Shown one piece after another: positions 61,169-64,000 of a stretch of DNA of 64,000 nt (within the stretch, counting starts at the first letter, position 1; the number at the start of each line of letters is the position of its first letter). The position numbers were made by a program, and so were the translations under genes. The notes below the pieces were generated by a model. It saw nothing but the letters and a program-made list of their open reading frames with translations. It made no database searches and had not been told where the DNA came from. Source of the DNA: an uncultured Actinomycetes bacterium (lineage in GTDB: Bacteria > Actinomycetota > Thermoleophilia > RBG-16-64-13); the NCBI GenBank assembly GCA_963706025.1, contig CAVPLM010000005.1, forward strand, positions 480,001-544,000, read 5' to 3'.

Positions 61169-64000
61169 TTGAGAACCAGCAGAGGGCTGCTGCCCAGACT
61201 CAACCCGCGCAACTGGTCCAGTTTCGCCTTGCGCATAGTGCTGCCGGCGGTCCTGGCCATCGTCCTCTTCATCATCGCCATCTTCCTGATACTGATCCCC
61301 TCGGCCGAGAACCAACTGCTGGAAGGCAAGAAAGCAACTGCCCAGGAACTGACGCGGGCCGCGGTCAGCATCCTGGACGAGTACTATGCCGAGGAAGCGT
61401 CGGGCAGTATGACCAGGGAACAGGCCCAGGAAGAGGCAGCCGCCCGGATCGAGAACCTGAGATACGGTGATGAGGGGAAGGACTACTTCTGGATAACGGA
61501 CACGTATCCCACGATGATCATGCATCCGTACGTTCCAGAGCTGAACGGCCAGGACCTGACGGATTACGAAGACGAGAACGGCAAGAAGATCTTCGTGGAG
61601 TTCGTGAACGCCGTGGAGGACGACGGCTCCGGTTGGGTGGAGTACTACTGGCAGTGGCAAGACGACCCCACCCAGATAGTCCCCAAGATCTCCTACGTGC
61701 AGCTCTTCGAGCCCTGGCAGTGGGTGATCGGTACCGGGATGTACGTCGAGGACGTGAACGCAGCCATAGCGGAGGTGGAGCGAAACCTGATCTACATCTC
61801 GCTGGCGATCGTGGTGGCGGTCGCCCTGCTGCTCCTCTACGGCATCCGTCAAAGCGTCAAGATCGACAGAAAGCGTGCGGTGGCCGAAGAGGGGCTCAGG
61901 GAGTCACACGAAAAATACCGGGCCTTGGTGGAGGCGGCCACTGAGGGCCTCCTTATGACCCTCGAAGGCAAGTGCGCCTATTCGAATCAACCGTTGCTCG
62001 ATATGCTCGGCTACAAGGCCGAGGAGCTCGCCGAGACGGATGTGACCCAGCTGTTCTACCGGGAGACGGCCGACGATCGCGAAGCGCTGGCCAACATCGA
62101 GGCCCTCTCGAAAGGCGAGACAGTCCCCGAGACCTTCGAAGCTCGCTTCCGGCACAAGGACGGGCGCCCGGTCGAAGTCCTGCTGACGCCGGCGCCCATC
62201 TCGTTGGCGGGGAGAGAGGGCTTCATCCTCATCGCCCGCGGCTTGACCGGGCAGAAGGCCATCGAGGCGGCGCTCGATGATACCAGGCGCCAGTTCAGGA
62301 CCATGTCCGATGCCCTCAGCTTGGGAGTGTTCCGCAGCACCTGGGGCCGCAAAGCGACGCTCTTGGAAGCGAACCCGGCCATGCGAAACATCCTTCGCCT
62401 TCCTGTGTCCGTTGAACTGGCCGGCGCCGACTGGTTAGACCGCATCGTCGACCCAGCTGAACGTGAGGCCCTGGTTGCCCGACTGAACAGCGACAAGGCG
62501 GTGCAGGATTACCAGCTGGGACTCCGGCGTGAGGACGGAGGAAGAGTGGATGTGTCGTTGTTCGCCGTGCTGGTGGATGACGACAGCGGTGAACCACTTT
62601 ATTGCGACGGCATCTTCGAAGACATCACCCAGAAGAGAAAGGGCGCGGAGGAACGGGAGGCGCTGATCGCGCAACTACAGACGTCACTGTTCTTCCTGCA
62701 GGAGCCCATCACCCAGGCCGTGACACCGGCCGTGTCGGTGGAGATCGCCCAGACCGTATCCCGCGCCGCGGTCCTTATGACCAAGAACCGGGCCGGCGCG
62801 GTGTTCGTCAACGGTCCTGACGGAGAGCTCATGGGGATCGCGACCGACCATGATTTCCGTGAACGCGTGGTGGCTGAAGGTATTTCTCCAGAGGCCCCGA
62901 TGAGTTCGATCATGACCGCTCCCGTTGCCTCCATATCGTCCCAGGCGCCGATCTATGAAGCGCTTCTTCGCATGCAGGAAAGGAACGTGGATCACCTGGC
63001 GGTAATGGATGAGAGCGGCAAGCTTGTGGGCATAGTCCGTCTTCGCGACTTGGTCCAGTATCAGCGGTCTTCCTCGGTCGTCATCACCGACTCGATCCGG
63101 CGGGCGCGCTCGATAGACGACATCACCGAAGCCCACGCCAAGCTGCCCGAACTGGTCAAGGCCGTGGTCGACTCAGGAGCCGCCACCCGCTATGTCAACC
63201 GCATCATCTCCGGTGTTTCCGACGGGGTGGTCCAGCGGCTCGTGGCGATGGCGATCGATAGACTGGGACCCGCCCCGGCCCGCTTCGCCTTCCTGGCGCT
63301 CGGCAGCGAAGGCCGGGAGGAGCAGACGCTGCTTACCGACCAGGACAATGCGCTCCTGTACGAGGATCCACCGGCTGAGAGAGCCAAGGAGACCTCAGAA
63401 TACTTCCTGGCTCTGGGGACACTGGTGTGCGACTGGCTTGCTGAGGTGGGCTACTCCTATTGCGACGGTGGCGTCATGGCCAAGAACCCCCGATGGAACT
63501 TGCCCCGCTCGGTCTGGCGTCAGCAGTTCTCCCACTGGATCCACAATGCGGACCCACAGGAACTACTTGAACTCAACATGCTCTTCGACTTCCGTTGCGT
63601 ACATGGCGAGCAGCAACTCGCCCGCGAGTTGCGCGCGTGGGTCTTCGACCAAATGGAAGCCTATCCGCTCTTCTACCTGCACTTCGCTCAGAACGCCTTG
63701 CTGTACAAGCCGCCTCTGAGCCTGTTGGGTAATCTCCAGACCACCTCTTCGGATGAAGGCGTCAAGGCCCTCAGCCTCAAAGAGGCACTGATGCCGGTGG
63801 TGAACTCCGCCCGGCTCTATTCCCTGAGACATCGCATCGACTCCACCAACACTCTGGATAGGATCTCCGAGTTGCGGGACCGCGGGGTCCTGAGTCGCGA
63901 GTCCTACGAAGAGATGGCGCCGGACTACGAAACGCTCATGCGCATCAGGCTCCGCAGGCAGGCGGTCGCGATCGGCGAGAACCGCAAACCCAGCAACCTC
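61169..64000 (+). CDS. membrane sensor nucleotidyltransferase: TM-sCache_2-TM-PAS-PAS-CBS pair-DUF294-DUF294_C (runs off the window end)
   Basis: Manual translation from TTG 61169 (AAGGGGGA RBS) is open to the window end: LRYGDEGKDYFWI..MHPY..WVIGTGMYVEDV (Cache), two PAS/PAC, CBS pair, GSEGREEQTLLTDQDNAL, CDGGVMAKNPRW, LFDFR. Confidence 0.9.
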   Translation, partial: MRTSRGLLPRLNPRNWSSFALRIVLPAVLAIVLFIIAIFLILIPSAENQLLEGKKATAQELTRAAVSILDEYYAEEASGSMTREQAQEEAAARIENLRYGDEGKDYFWITDTYPTMIMHPYVPELNGQDLTDYEDENGKKIFVEFVNAVEDDGSGWVEYYWQWQDDPTQIVPKISYVQLFEPWQWVIGTGMYVEDVNAAIAEVERNLIYISLAIVVAVALLLLYGIRQSVKIDRKRAVAEEGLRESHEKYRALVEAATEGLLMTLEGKCAYSNQPLLDMLGYKAEELAETDVTQLFYRETADDREALANIEALSKGETVPETFEARFRHKDGRPVEVLLTPAPISLAGREGFILIARGLTGQKAIEAALDDTRRQFRTMSDALSLGVFRSTWGRKATLLEANPAMRNILRLPVSVELAGADWLDRIVDPAEREALVARLNSDKAVQDYQLGLRREDGGRVDVSLFAVLVDDDSGEPLYCDGIFEDITQKRKGAEEREALIAQLQTSLFFLQEPITQAVTPAVSVEIAQTVSRAAVLMTKNRAGAVFVNGPDGELMGIATDHDFRERVVAEGISPEAPMSSIMTAPVASISSQAPIYEALLRMQERNVDHLAVMDESGKLVGIVRLRDLVQYQRSSSVVITDSIRRARSIDDITEAHAKLPELVKAVVDSGAATRYVNRIISGVSDGVVQRLVAMAIDRLGPAPARFAFLALGSEGREEQTLLTDQDNALLYEDPPAERAKETSEYFLALGTLVCDWLAEVGYSYCDGGVMAKNPRWNLPRSVWRQQFSHWIHNADPQELLELNMLFDFRCVHGEQQLARELRAWVFDQMEAYPLFYLHFAQNALLYKPPLSLLGNLQTTSSDEGVKALSLKEALMPVVNSARLYSLRHRIDSTNTLDRISELRDRGVLSRESYEEMAPDYETLMRIRLRRQAVAIGENRKPSNL

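Overview
A high-GC (roughly 65% by eye), gene-dense chromosomal segment made mostly of housekeeping genes. It probably comes from a deep-branching Actinomycetota such as Thermoleophilia; this is inferred from whiA/rapZ, CIRCE-controlled groESL and apparent leaderless genes. Most genes are on the minus strand: tpiA-pgk-gap-whiA-rapZ-ogt-uvrC, hflX-uvrA, guaA, pyrF/pyrE, tldD/pmbA, groESL, tsaEBD, panC, rho, thrC-hom-lysA, mutM-argS and rlmH. There are two tRNAs (Ala-GGC, Gly-CCC) and a 6S-like ncRNA candidate. I saw no mobile element or CRISPR array. Three loci stand out. (1) An acetate-transport locus contains DUF485-ActP, a SatP channel fused to a globin-like/RsbRD_N-like domain, a PHP hydrolase, and a large membrane receptor missing from the ORF track (sCache_2-PAS-PAS-CBS-DUF294 nucleotidyltransferase); this looks like a carboxylate-sensing nucleotidylation switch. 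(2) A cyclic 2,3-diphosphoglycerate operon (metallophosphoesterase-cpgS-2PG kinase-degenerate GlpX) may encode both synthesis and breakdown of this archaeal-type solute. (3) A non-canonical pantothenate neighbourhood (PanG-like DUF2520-YjbQ, HPS-RraA aldolase fusion, P1 peptidase coupled to panC) has no panB/panD/panE in the window. Two single-base frameshifts (tpiA, dacA) suggest residual assembly errors, so the in-frame fusions need read-level confirmation.
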